Shown here: positions 24,203-34,264 of the stretch, piece after piece
Layout of the letters: every line of letters begins with the position of its first letter
Position numbering within the stretch: position 1 is the first letter of the stretch
NCBI GenBank assembly: GCA_964016885.1
Contig: OZ024753.1
Coordinates: forward strand, 28,830,001-28,894,000
Reading direction: 5' to 3'
Length of the DNA stretch: 64,000 nucleotides
Origin: Eledone cirrhosa
Taxonomy: Eukaryota
Made by a program: the position numbers and the translations under genes
The notes under the pieces: generated by a model
What the model was told of the DNA's origin: nothing
Seen by the model: the letters and a program-made list of their open reading frames with translations, nothing else
Databases searched by the model: none

Positions 24203-24312
24203 TTATTTTATTTATTTATTTATTTATTTATTTTTATTTATTTATTTTTTCTTCTCGTGCAATGGCCATACTCGATAACGAGGGGGCAGCCATTATGTAT
24301 GTATGTATGTAT
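20033..24312 (+). mobile_element. Near full-length RTE-clade LINE
   Basis: 5' UTR with CTAGGAGAAGG...AACTCCGATATAAAACC; single APE-RT reading frame; 3' stem-loop ATGGC..CTCG-ATAA-CGAG..GCCAT then (TATG)n tail. Confidence 0.93.
20401..23939 (+). pseudogene. RTE ORF: AP endonuclease + reverse transcriptase + three C-terminal C2H2 fingers; two frameshifts (~22440, ~23368)
   Basis: WNVRTL, LSETR, GDFNARVG, LDY, WTDHRLV; NYRGISLL, FVDLTKAFDTVNR, GVKQG, LYADD, YLGS; CSVC..HLRSH, CQTC..HAKVH, CRLC..HIRSQH. Repairing the two indels gives one frame of ~1179 aa. Confidence 0.93.
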
Positions 24313-24409
24313 GTGTGTCTCAGAGTCGACACTGACAAATTTTCATATCCTATATTGATTTGATTGATGTCTTTTTGATATTTGGAAAAAAACTAAACAA
24401 TTGAAATGA

Positions 24410-24680
24410 TAATAATAATAATGATTTCTTTATTGGCCACAAGGGCTGACATCAAGAAAAACATTACAGACGGCACAGGACGGTACTATGTGGGTTTAGT
24501 GCGTGTAAATATTTTTATTTATATAAGAAAAGAAAAAAAAGGACATAGAACATATATATATATAAACAATAAAAATGAAAATTGAAACAATGAAAAATTC
24601 CCCAATAGGGGGGAAACCTCCGAGGGTTACTCGTGGCGAAAACTACACAAAAGACCACGGCCACCCTGACCAGCAGGGTA
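24410..24680 (-). mobile_element. Probable L1/Tx1-like LINE 3' UTR fragment
   Basis: Minus strand ends CCCTTGTGGCCAATAAAGAAATCATTATTATT (AATAAA plus ATT tail); related ends at ~9170-9240 and 24700-24765. Family assignment is inference. Confidence 0.5.
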
Positions 24681-24767
24681 TATTATTATTATCATCAATA
24701 AAGAAATCATTATTATCATTATTAATGTCTCACTTTGTGTAAACCCTTGTGGTTAATAAAGAAAGCA

Positions 24768-25072
24768 TTGAGTTACGGCCTTTTATGGTCTGAGTTCAAA
24801 TCTGGCCGAGGTTAACTTTGCCTTTCATCCTTACGGGGTCGATAAAATAAAGTACCAGTAATACACTGCGATAATTGCTGGCCTTGTGCCAAAAGTAGAA
24901 ACAATTATTATTATCATTATTATACAGTTACGGCCCTTGCCATTCTGAGTTCAAATCCCGCCGAGGTTAACTTTGCTTTTCATCCTTACGGGGTCGATAA
25001 AATAAAGTACCAGTAATGTACTGGTTAATTGCTGGCCTTGTGCCAAAAGTAGAAACAATTATTATTATATTA
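24768..25072 (+). mobile_element. Two tandem 5'-truncated family B SINEs
   Basis: Core CATCCTTACGGGGTCGATAAAATAAAGTACCAG occurs twice. Confidence 0.88.
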
Positions 25073-25215
25073 ATAAGCAGATAAATAAATTTTAAAAAAA
25101 TCAATCAAAAATAAACAATGCAATATAAAAAAAAAACATAGAACACAACACAAAATTCTGTCTGATTAATCTTTATGGACAGAAATGTCTATATTACTGA
25201 CAAGGTTAGTGTGTC

Positions 25216-26925
25216 AGTGGTGGTGGTGGTGAGGAATTGAGGGGCTGTTTGTGTGGTGGTGGTGAGGAATTGAGGGGCTGTTTGTGTGGTGGTGGTGAGG
25301 AATTGAGGGGCTGTTTGTGTGGTGGTGGTAGTGGTGGTGGTGAGGAATTGAGGGGCTGTTTGTGTGGTGGTGGTAGTGGTGGTGGTGAGGAATTGAGGGG
25401 CTGTTTGTGTGGTGGTGGTAGTGGTGGTGGTGAGGAATTGAGGGGCTGTTTGTGTGGTGGTGGTAGTGGTGGTGGTGAGGAATTGAGGGGCTGTTTGTGT
25501 GGTGGTGGTAGTGGTGGTGGTGAGGAATTGAGGGGCTGTTTGTGTGGTGGTGGTAATGGTGGTGGTGAGGAATTGAGGGGCTGTTTGTGTGGTGGTGGTA
25601 GTGGTGGTGGTGAGGAATTGAGGGGCTGTTTGTGTGGTGGTGGTAGTGGTGGTGGTGAGGAATTAGGGGCTGTTTGTGTGGTGGTGGTAGTGGTGGTGGT
25701 GAGGAATTGAGGGGCTGTTTGTGTGGTGGTGGTAGTGGTGGTGGTGAGGAATTGAGGGGCTGTTTGTGTGGTGGTGGTAGTGGTAGTGGTGAAGAATTGA
25801 GGGGCTGTTTGTGTAGTGGTGGTAGTGGTGGTGTGGAGGAATTGAGGGGCTGTTTGTGTGGTGGTGGTAATGGTGGTGGTGAGGAATTGAGGGCTGTTTG
25901 TGTGGTGGTGGTAGTGGTGGTGGTGAAGAATTGAGGGGCTGTTTGTGTGGTGGTGGTGGTAGTGGTGGTGGTGAGGAATTGAGCGGCTGTTTGTGTGGTG
26001 TGGTAGTGGTGGTGGTTAGGAATTGAGGGGCTGTTTGTGTAGTGGTGGTAGTGGTGGTGGTGAGGAATTGAGGGGCTGTTTGTGTAGTGGTGGTAGTGGT
26101 GGTGGTGAGGAATTGAGGGGCTGTTTGTGTGGTGGTGGTAGTGGTGGTGGTGAGGAATTGAGGGGCTGTTTGTGTGGTGTGGTAGTGGTGGTGGTGAAGA
26201 ATTGAGGGGTTGTTTGTGTGGTGGTGGTAGTGGTGGTGGTGAGGAATTGAGGGGCTGTTTGTGTGGTGGTGGTGGTGAGGAATTGAGGGGCTGTTTGTGT
26301 AGTGGTGGTAGTGGTGGTGGTGAGGAATTGGGGGGCTGTTTGTGTGGTGGTGGTGGTGAGGAATTGAGGGGCTGTTTGTGTAGTGGTGGTAGTGGTGGTG
26401 GTGAGGAATTGAGGGGCTGTTTGTGTAGTGGTGGTAGTGGTGGTGGTGAGGAATTGGGGGGCTGTTTGTGTAGTGGTGGTAGTGGTGGTGGTGAGGAATT
26501 GAGGGGCTGTTTGTGTGGTGGTGGTAGTGGTGGTGGTGAGGAATTGAGGGGCTGTTTGTGTGGTGGTGGTAGTGGTGGTGGTGAGGAATTGAGGGGCTGT
26601 TTGTGTAGTGGTGGTAGTGGTGGTGGTGAGGAATTGAGGGGCTGTTTGTGTGGTGGTGGTAGTGGTGGTGGTGAGGAATTGAGGGGCTGTTTGTGTAGTG
26701 GTGGTGGTGAGGAATTGAGGGGATGTTTGTGTGGTGGTGGTAGTGGTGGTGGTGAGGAATTGAGGGGCTGTTTGTGTAGTAGTAGTTATAGTGGTTGTGG
26801 TGGTGGTGAGGAATTGAGGTGGTGTTTGTGTAGTAGTAGTTATAGTGGTTGTGGTGGTGGTGAGGAATTGTGGTGGTGTTTGTGTAGTAGTAGTTATAGT
26901 GGTTGTGGTGGTGGTGAGGAATTGA
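25216..26925. repeat. G-rich 45-bp minisatellite (~38 copies), last units a 48-bp variant
   Basis: Unit GAGGAATTGAGGGGCTGTTTGTGTGGTGGTGGTAGTGGTGGTGGT. Confidence 0.97.
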
Positions 26926-28575
26926 GGTGGTGTTGGTGGCTATGGTGGTGTTGGTGGTGTTGGTGGTGTTGGTGGTGTTGGTGGTGTTGGTGGTGTTGGT
27001 GGTGTTGGTGGCTATGGTGGTGTTGGTGGTGTTGGTGGTGTTGGTGGTGTTGGTGGCTATGGTGGTGTTGGTGGTGTTGGTGGCTATGGTGGTGTTGGTG
27101 GTGTTGGTGGCTATGATGGTGTTGGTGGTGTTGGTGGTGTTGGTGGTGTTGGTGGTGTTGGTGGCTATGGTGGTGTTGGTGGTGTTGGTGGTGTTGGTGG
27201 TGTTGGTGGTGTTGGTGGCTATGGTGGTGTTGGTGGTGTTGGTGGTGTTGGTGGCGTTGGTGGTGTTGGTGGTGTTGGTGGTGTTGGTGGCTATGGTGGT
27301 GTTGGTGGTGTTGGTGGCTATGGTGGTGTTGGTGGTGTTGGTGGTTATGGTGGTGTTGGTGGCTATGGTGGTGTTGGTGGTGTTGGTGGTGTTGGTGGCT
27401 ATGGTGGTGTTGGTGGCTATGGTGGTGTTGGTGGCTATGGTGATGTTGGTGGTGTTGGTGGTGTTGGTGGCTATGGTGGTGTTGGTGGCTATGGTGGTGT
27501 TGGTGGCTATGGTGGTGTTGGTGGCTATGGTGGTGTTGGTGGTGTTGGTGGTGTTGGTGGCTATGGTGGTGTTGGTGGCTATGGTGATGTTGGTGGTGTT
27601 GGTGGTGTTGGTGGTGTTGGTGGCTATGGTGGTGTTGGTGGTGTTGGTGGTGGTGTTGGTGGTGTTGGTGTTGTTGGTGGCTATGGTGGTGTTGGTGGTG
27701 TTGGTGGCTATGGTGGTGTTGGTGGTGTTGGTGGTGTTGGTGGCTATGGTGGTGTTGGTGGTGTTGGTGGTGTTGGTGGTGTTGGTGATGTTGGTGGCTA
27801 TGGTGGTGTTGGTGGTGTTGGTGGTGTTGTTGGTGGCTATGGTGGTGTTGGTGGCTATGGTGGTGTTGGTGGTGTTGGTGGTGTTGGTGGTGTTGGTGTT
27901 GTTGGTGGCTATGGTGGTGTTGGTGGTGTTGGTGGCTATGGTGGTGTTGGTGGTGTTGGTGGCTATGGTGGTGTTGGTGGCTATGGTGGTGTTGGTGGTG
28001 TTGGTGGTGTTGGTGGCTATGGTGGTGTTGGTGGCTATGGTGGCTATGGTGGTGTTGGTGGTGTTGGTGGCTATGGTGGTGTTGGTGGCTATGGTGGTGT
28101 TGGTGGTGTTGGTGGTGTTGGTGGTGTTGGTGGTGTTGGTGGCTATGGTGGTGTTGGTGGTGTTGGTGGTGTTGGTGGTGTTGGTGGTGTTGGTGGTGTT
28201 GGTGGCTATGGTGGTGTTGGTGGTGTTGGTGGCTATGGTGGTGTTGGTGGCTATGGTGGCTATGGTGGTGTTGGTGTTGTTGGTGGCTATGGTGGTGTTG
28301 GTGGTGTTGGTGGCTATGGTGGCTATGGTGGTGTTGGTGGTGTTGGTGGTTATGGTGGTGTTGGTGGTGTTGGTGGCTATGGTGGTGTTGGTGGTTATGG
28401 TGGTGTTGGTGGTGTTGGTGGCTATGGTGGTGTTGGTGGCTATGGTGGTGTTGGTGGCTATGGTGGCTATGGTGGTTATGGTGGCTATGGTGGTTATGGT
28501 GGTGATGGTGGCTATGGTGGCTATGGTGGTGTTGGTGGCTATGGTGGTGTTGGTGGTGTTGGTGGCTATGGCTAT
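26926..28575. repeat. 9-bp two-word minisatellite (GGTGGTGTT / GGTGGCTAT), ~180 units
   Basis: Directly visible. Confidence 0.97.
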
Positions 28576-28922
28576 GACATTTGTAGTTGTAGTAGTGGTG
28601 ATAGAAGTTGTTGTAGAGGAAAGAACAAAATGCCAAGAGGAGATGAGAACCATGTAGACAGTGGTGTCTATTTTTGATGGCCAAGGTTGATGTATTAGGG
28701 CGTAGGGTTAGATATGAGGGAGGTGGTTAGCTATAGAGTAGAGCTACTTACTAGGTCAGGCTATTTGGTCTGCAACTAAGACAAAATCAACATAATATAA
28801 CAACAAAAGGAACAAAGCTGCTAATCTGTTCAAAGATAATGTTGTCTTTACATCAAAGAAAACCTTTAAGATGGTTCAAGAGCTTCTGTAAGATGGTGCT
28901 AAACAATGATAATGGTGGTGGT

Positions 28923-28956
<34 letters not shown>

Positions 28957-29202
28957 TGTAGGGGTAGTAGTAGTAGTGTAGTGTGTGTAGTGGTGGTAGA
29001 GAAAGAATGATGGTGGTAGTTGTGGCTGTGGCAGCATTGTGAGTAGATATGTATTGTGATGGTGTATATGTGGGTGGGTGGGAAGAGAGAGAGATGCTGG
29101 TTGTAGTGCAATGTACTGAGATGAAATGTTAGTGATAATTGGATATATATATATATATCATCATCATCATTTTACGTCCGCTTTTCCCTGTTTGCAAGGG
29201 TG

Positions 29203-29259
<57 letters not shown>

Positions 29260-29263
<4 letters not shown>

Positions 29264-29360
29264 GTGTCCCAAAAAAACATATACTCACTTTGATTACCTG
29301 TACACGCAATATTTATTTGAATGCTGTTGAAGTGTGTATACATTTTTTGGGGGCATCCTG
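29260..29360. mobile_element. Tc1/mariner-type MITE
   Basis: Reverse-orientation relative of 8426-8525, TA-flanked. Confidence 0.8.
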
Positions 29361-29452
29361 TATATATGAATTGCAGTAGGAAGGGTCTAATGAGAAGAGA
29401 TATAATGAGGAAGAACCAGTGGCCATTAGTGGTGGTAACATGGTTGATTTAA

Positions 29453-29672
29453 CCTTTTAACATCTCCATTATTCTATATTTGCTCTTATATTTTCACAGT
29501 AAAGGCTTTACCTCACATAATATCTCACATAATATCGAATCTATGAGATTTTGATAGTATTTATTTTGAGAACAATATCTTAACATAAGTATGGGTGGCC
29601 AGTTACAACCAGTTTAAACAGAAAGAGGTGAGAGAATTCTGGCCAGATATGGCCAGTTTAAATACTAAAGAG
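29453..29672 (+). mobile_element. piggyBac-like MITE (diverged copy)
   Basis: TTAA-CCTTTTAACATCT ... AAATACTAAAGAG-TTA; internal sequence as at 42088 and 43248. Confidence 0.8.
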
Positions 29673-29848
29673 TTATTATAGTGGTAGAGGAATGTTTATG
29701 TATGATGTTGGTATTAGTTGTGGTACCGTAGAAGTCATGTAGTGAGTATAACTATTAACGGTGGCAGCATAGATAGATTGTGGCTGTGCAAGTAATGGTA
29801 GTTACAAACGACAATGATTGTTCATATGTAAGATGCTGGTAATATATA

Positions 29849-29973
29849 GCAAGAAACCCTGTATTATAGACTTGCAAGAAACCCTGTATTATAGACTTGC
29901 AAGAAACCCTGTATTATAGACTTGCAAGAAACCCTGTATTATAGACTTGCAAGAAATCCTGTATTATAGATTT
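29849..29973. repeat. 25-bp tandem repeat x5
   Basis: GCAAGAAACCCTGTATTATAGACTT at 29849, 29874, 29899, 29924, 29949. Confidence 0.95.
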
Positions 29974-30411
29974 GTGTATAATTTGCACCTTATATTTTAA
30001 AAAAACCTAGCATCTCCAAGTTTGAACAGAGTTGATTTCTTCAAGAGAATGAGATATAGAGGAAGAATTGATCCCAGTTACTACCTACTCATTGAACTAT
30101 AGTGTGAGTGATTATTCTATACACATTCCCCCATGCACACACACATACAAACACACACATACAAATACACACATACACATGCATACACATATACAAACAC
30201 ACACACACACACTTCTAATCTTAATGTAGGTTTTCAAGCAATTGGTGATAAGGATATTCCTTAGAAATAATATATGTGGGTGCATATATAGATTTGGACT
30301 GGTAATCATTGGGATACTTGGATATGTTACTAACTGCCTCAGTACAAATGTTGATAAACTGGGCTTCCCAGAACCAGAACATGCACAGCTAATTGGGGTA
30401 ATTAGATGAGT

Positions 30412-30710
30412 CTGTTAGAATTTGCAGAAGACATGGTATTACTTAACTCATCAGAAGGTGATCTCCAACTTGCACTTGATACATTTTATGCTGAGTGCAG
30501 CATGGCTGGAATGTAAATCAGTGCTGTGAGCAATGAAGCACTTGTTCTCTCAAGGAAGCCTGCACAGTGCACTCTACCTGCGAATGGACTTCCACTGAAG
30601 CAGGTGGAGAAGTTCAAGTGTCTCAGGGCTGAGTTTACAAGTTATGGAAGGCAGAAGGCTGAATTAAGGGCAATAATTGCAGGAGCTGGTGCAGTTATGC
30701 ACTAGCTTCA
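30412..30710 (+). pseudogene. Old RTE (Expander/Rex3-like) reverse-transcriptase fragment
   Basis: Reads LLEFAEDMVLLNSSEGDLQLALDTFYAECSMAGM*IS...LKQVEKFKCL, matching the FADD..L..S..DLQ.AL..F..EC..AGM.IS pattern. Confidence 0.75.
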
Positions 30711-30894
30711 GTAATCAGAAGGGTGGTAGCTTCTCATGAATGATAAAACAAACATCAAACAAGGCTTGAAAGAGTTTTATAAAATTTAAATCTAAATCTA
30801 ATTCTAGAGAGAAGAAACTGGAACAGTTTTCTCTGAGAATTCCTTATTCTCTGAAGAAGACAATGTACGTGTGTGTGTATGTATGTATATACTT

Positions 30895-31478
30895 GTAACA
30901 TGTATCCCAGTACAACCTGTCCCATGGTCGGGTCGTTGGCGACTAAACTGGCAACCCCACCAAGGTTTCTTGGTGAGGAGGGTGACTTTGGGCATCCTGC
31001 AGGACTAAAAACAAAACCTGTCAAAGGGCAAAGGAGCTCTTAAGAGTCAATGGCCATCCAAAATCACCGGGAGAGATGACCCCTTAGCCTTTGTCAAGGC
31101 AGAATTCTAGGAGCAGGAAAACTCTGATATAACACCTGCAACCCTCATGGTATCCAATGATGTTGACTTGTTCTTCTTTTTGGTAAATATCATCTTGGTT
31201 AAGAGAGTGGGACTGGCTTTGTGCAGTGCCTTTGCTCACTATAAAAGCTTCACAGCACAGGCATTGCTTTATATCTGGAGATCTCTCTGCACTTGTCGTC
31301 ACATGGTACCATGGGCCTAGCACTATGTGTCAATAATTGTCACAAGTGTAGTGTTTGTACCAGAGTTTTCAAGTCACTGGCAGGACTAAAAAGTCACACT
31401 CGTTCAGCGCATCAGTAGGGGTTCTCCTACATGGATATAAAGTAGTGGCCATACTCGAAAACGAGTTGGCAGCCACCA
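30895..31478 (+). mobile_element. Bipartite non-autonomous RTE-derived retroelement, copy 2
   Basis: Match to 4437-5048. 31341-31418 encodes HKCSVCTRVFKSLAGLKSHTRSAHQ*. Ends GTGGCCATACTCGAAAACGAGTTGGCAGCCACC followed by (AT)n. Confidence 0.85.
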
Positions 31479-31515
31479 TATATATATATATATTATTTAC
31501 ATAAGAAACACAATA

Positions 31516-31680
31516 TAATTATTCTATTACCAAAGGTTTCAAGAAACTAGATGATTCTGGCAGAAACATCTAGCTCGTTTATCAGACAAAACAATTATAA
31601 TAATTGTTTTGTTTGACAAACGAGCTAGATGTTTCTTTAAGAATTATCTAGTTTCTTGAAACCTTCGGTAATGGAATTAT
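31516..31680. ncRNA. Palindrome containing two divergently oriented hammerhead-like motifs
   Basis: Plus arm TTTTGT-TTGACAA-ACGAGCTAGAT...ATCTAGTTTCTT-GAAA-CCTTCGG-TA-ATGGAA (31607-31676); minus arm has core CTGATAA (31522-31591). Confidence 0.6.
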
Positions 31681-31689
31681 GAAAATAAA

Positions 31690-32168
<479 letters not shown>

Positions 32169-32562
32169 CACACACACACACACACCCACATGTATGAAAT
32201 AGAAGAATGGTGGTTGTAAGGGATGCAATTGAGAGAGGATGAAAACAGTAGTAAAGTTGATGGTAGTTTTGTAATGTTAGGTGGTCGTCTGCCATCATGA
32301 AAATCTTTACATGTGGCCTAATCTGTATCTAAAATTAGCTGCTTCAGTTGCCACAAGTTCTTGCTGCCCTATATTAGTTATGGTTCAGTCTCTTCAAGTA
32401 TGGGAATGACATTTAAAGTTAATAATAAAAGGACTGGTTATTTCTTTCATCTTTTATTTTATTGAAAATAGTCTTTCATGGCAGCTCAACAGCCCTATAT
32501 TTTACTTGATATTACTTGTTTGTGTATGTATGTGTGTAAATGTATGTGTGTGTGTGTGTATA

Positions 32563-32662
32563 CAAGGTGTCCCCAAAAATATGTATACACACTTTGTTTA
32601 CCTGTACAAGCAATATTTATTAGAATTGTTGAAGTGTGTATACATTTTTTTTGGATGCCCTA
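32563..32662. mobile_element. Tc1/mariner-type MITE (a further degenerate copy at ~32838-32914)
   Basis: CAAGGTGTCCCCAAAAATATGTATACACACTT...AAGTGTGTATACATTTTTTTTGGATGCCC. Confidence 0.8.
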
Positions 32663-32677
32663 TATATATATATATAT

Positions 32678-32815
32678 CCAGAAATAGCCGTCAAAACGGC
32701 TGGAGCTCTGCCGTCGAGGTTAAACTTTTTCCTATTACCCACTCTACTACCCTAAGTATTGAGTACTCTAGTGCGTTATGGTCCATCTGGTTCCTTACCA
32801 CACCTCCTTCGTTAT
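32678..32815 (+). mobile_element. Short repeat carrying the 3' half of a hammerhead plus tail (same family as 59555-59749)
   Basis: AGCCGTC-AAAA-CGGCTGGAGCTCTGCCG-TC then TATTACCCACTCTACTACCCTAAGTATTGAGTAC, the reverse complement of ~59555-59700. Confidence 0.7.
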
Positions 32816-33121
32816 ATATATATATGAGAGAGAGAGAATGGGGTTCTCCCCAAAATGTATACACACTTCAACGCCATTGTAATAGATGTTCATACATTTT
32901 TGGGGGACACCTTGTGAGTGTATATTTAAATATATATATATACAGAGATATCCACGGTAAGTTGTGGGGTCTATTCTGCATGAAGAACTCAATGTAATCC
33001 ATATGTTGAAAATGTTGTAGGTTAAAATAAATCCCGGAAAACAATAAAACATTAAAAGGAAAACAGTCATGATATAAGTTAAAACAATGAAATAAAAAAT
33101 TAAGTCATTAAAGATATACTT

Positions 33122-33260
33122 CACTGCTTTACGATCGTTTCTAGGTGATAATAATACATAGCTGTACTTTGTTATTGATCTATGTAAGGTTAGTTACAAA
33201 ATATCAGATAAAGAGAATATTTACTTACATGCATATCACCAGCTGTTTTCAAAAGCAATA
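33122..33260 (-). ncRNA. Type I hammerhead motif with U3-A8 core, homologous to 11817-11952
   Basis: Minus strand: TATTGCTT-TTGAAAA-CAGCTGGTGATA...TATCACCTA-GAAA-CGATCG-TA-AAGCAGTG; flanking AAAACAATGAAATAAAAA shared with the 11.8 kb Penelope end. Confidence 0.7.
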
Positions 33261-33764
33261 TTTTATATTATATATATATATATATATATATATGGGGGGG
33301 AACAGTGCCCCAGCATGGCCTCAGCCAGATGGCTGGAACAGGTAAAATAATATATATGTGTGTGTGTGTGGTCACCTTAAATCGTATGTTGTCATGTTAA
33401 AATAATTGAGATGTTGGCTTTCAGCAGTGAAGTTTCATATTGTTCTTTACCTAAGATAGCCCAGTTCCTCCAACAATTGAGTTGAGATTTTGTTGACTAA
33501 AAATGCTACTTGGTTTATTGATATTGGGTCAGTGACAAAGTTTGAAATATTGATTAATCTTTGGTAAATTTCAAACACAGCATTGTTAACTACTGAAGCT
33601 TGGAGATCAATGAGCCATCACTATGTCATTTTTAGGCTAATGTTTTTAGTTTAATTAACCCTTTCATTGCTATATTTCTAATAAGTAGACTTCCTAAGTT
33701 CTTCAATTATTTTTCAATAAAAAAAAAAGAAGATTTTTGAACATTTTAACAAAAGATGAATTTG

Positions 33765-33960
33765 TTAGTGGTTAAAGAGTTGGACTCAATCGGGAGGTTG
33801 TGACTTCAATTCCTGGACTGGGTGATGTCCTCAGTGTTGTCCTCGAGCAAGACATTTTAATTCCCGTTCCTCCTTCTGCCAGGAGTTGCGACAGGTATAT
33901 AGTATCGTATCAGCAATTGGAAAGACCAATGGAAACATTGTTTCCTTTGTCTAATCTGAT
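33765..33960 (+). mobile_element. Diverged tRNA-derived SINE (tail shared with 44459-44650)
   Basis: TTAGTGGTTAAAGAG...CTCGAGCAAGACATTT...TGGAAAGACCAATGGAAACATTG. Confidence 0.7.
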
Positions 33961-34264
33961 TGAGTTCCACTTCCCCCTTTCCCAGTTCCACCACCCTTGC
34001 TCTTACTTACAATATCACTCCAACCACATCCCTTCTTCAGCTTGAATTCCTTCTTCATTTACTTACATTTTGGAAACCTGTAACGAATGATACCAAGAAA
34101 TGAAGAAAATATAAAATACGAAATGTTTCATTCATGTGGGTGGGTTTTTTTTTGGGGGGGGGGGGGGAGCTAGAATCTGACTTTAGATCATCAAATAAGT
34201 ATTCTGACAGGAACATTCAAATTTTTCTGCTTTGTTTGTTTACCTCTGACTTAATGTCCAATAT

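Noticed and set aside
26926-28575. Telomeric repeat array
   Set aside because: G-rich but contains no TTAGGG units.
25663-28684. 996-aa Thr/Asn, 596-aa His/Gln and 576-aa Val-rich ORFs
   Set aside because: Alternative translations of triplet-based minisatellites that are open in several frames at once; no domain evidence.
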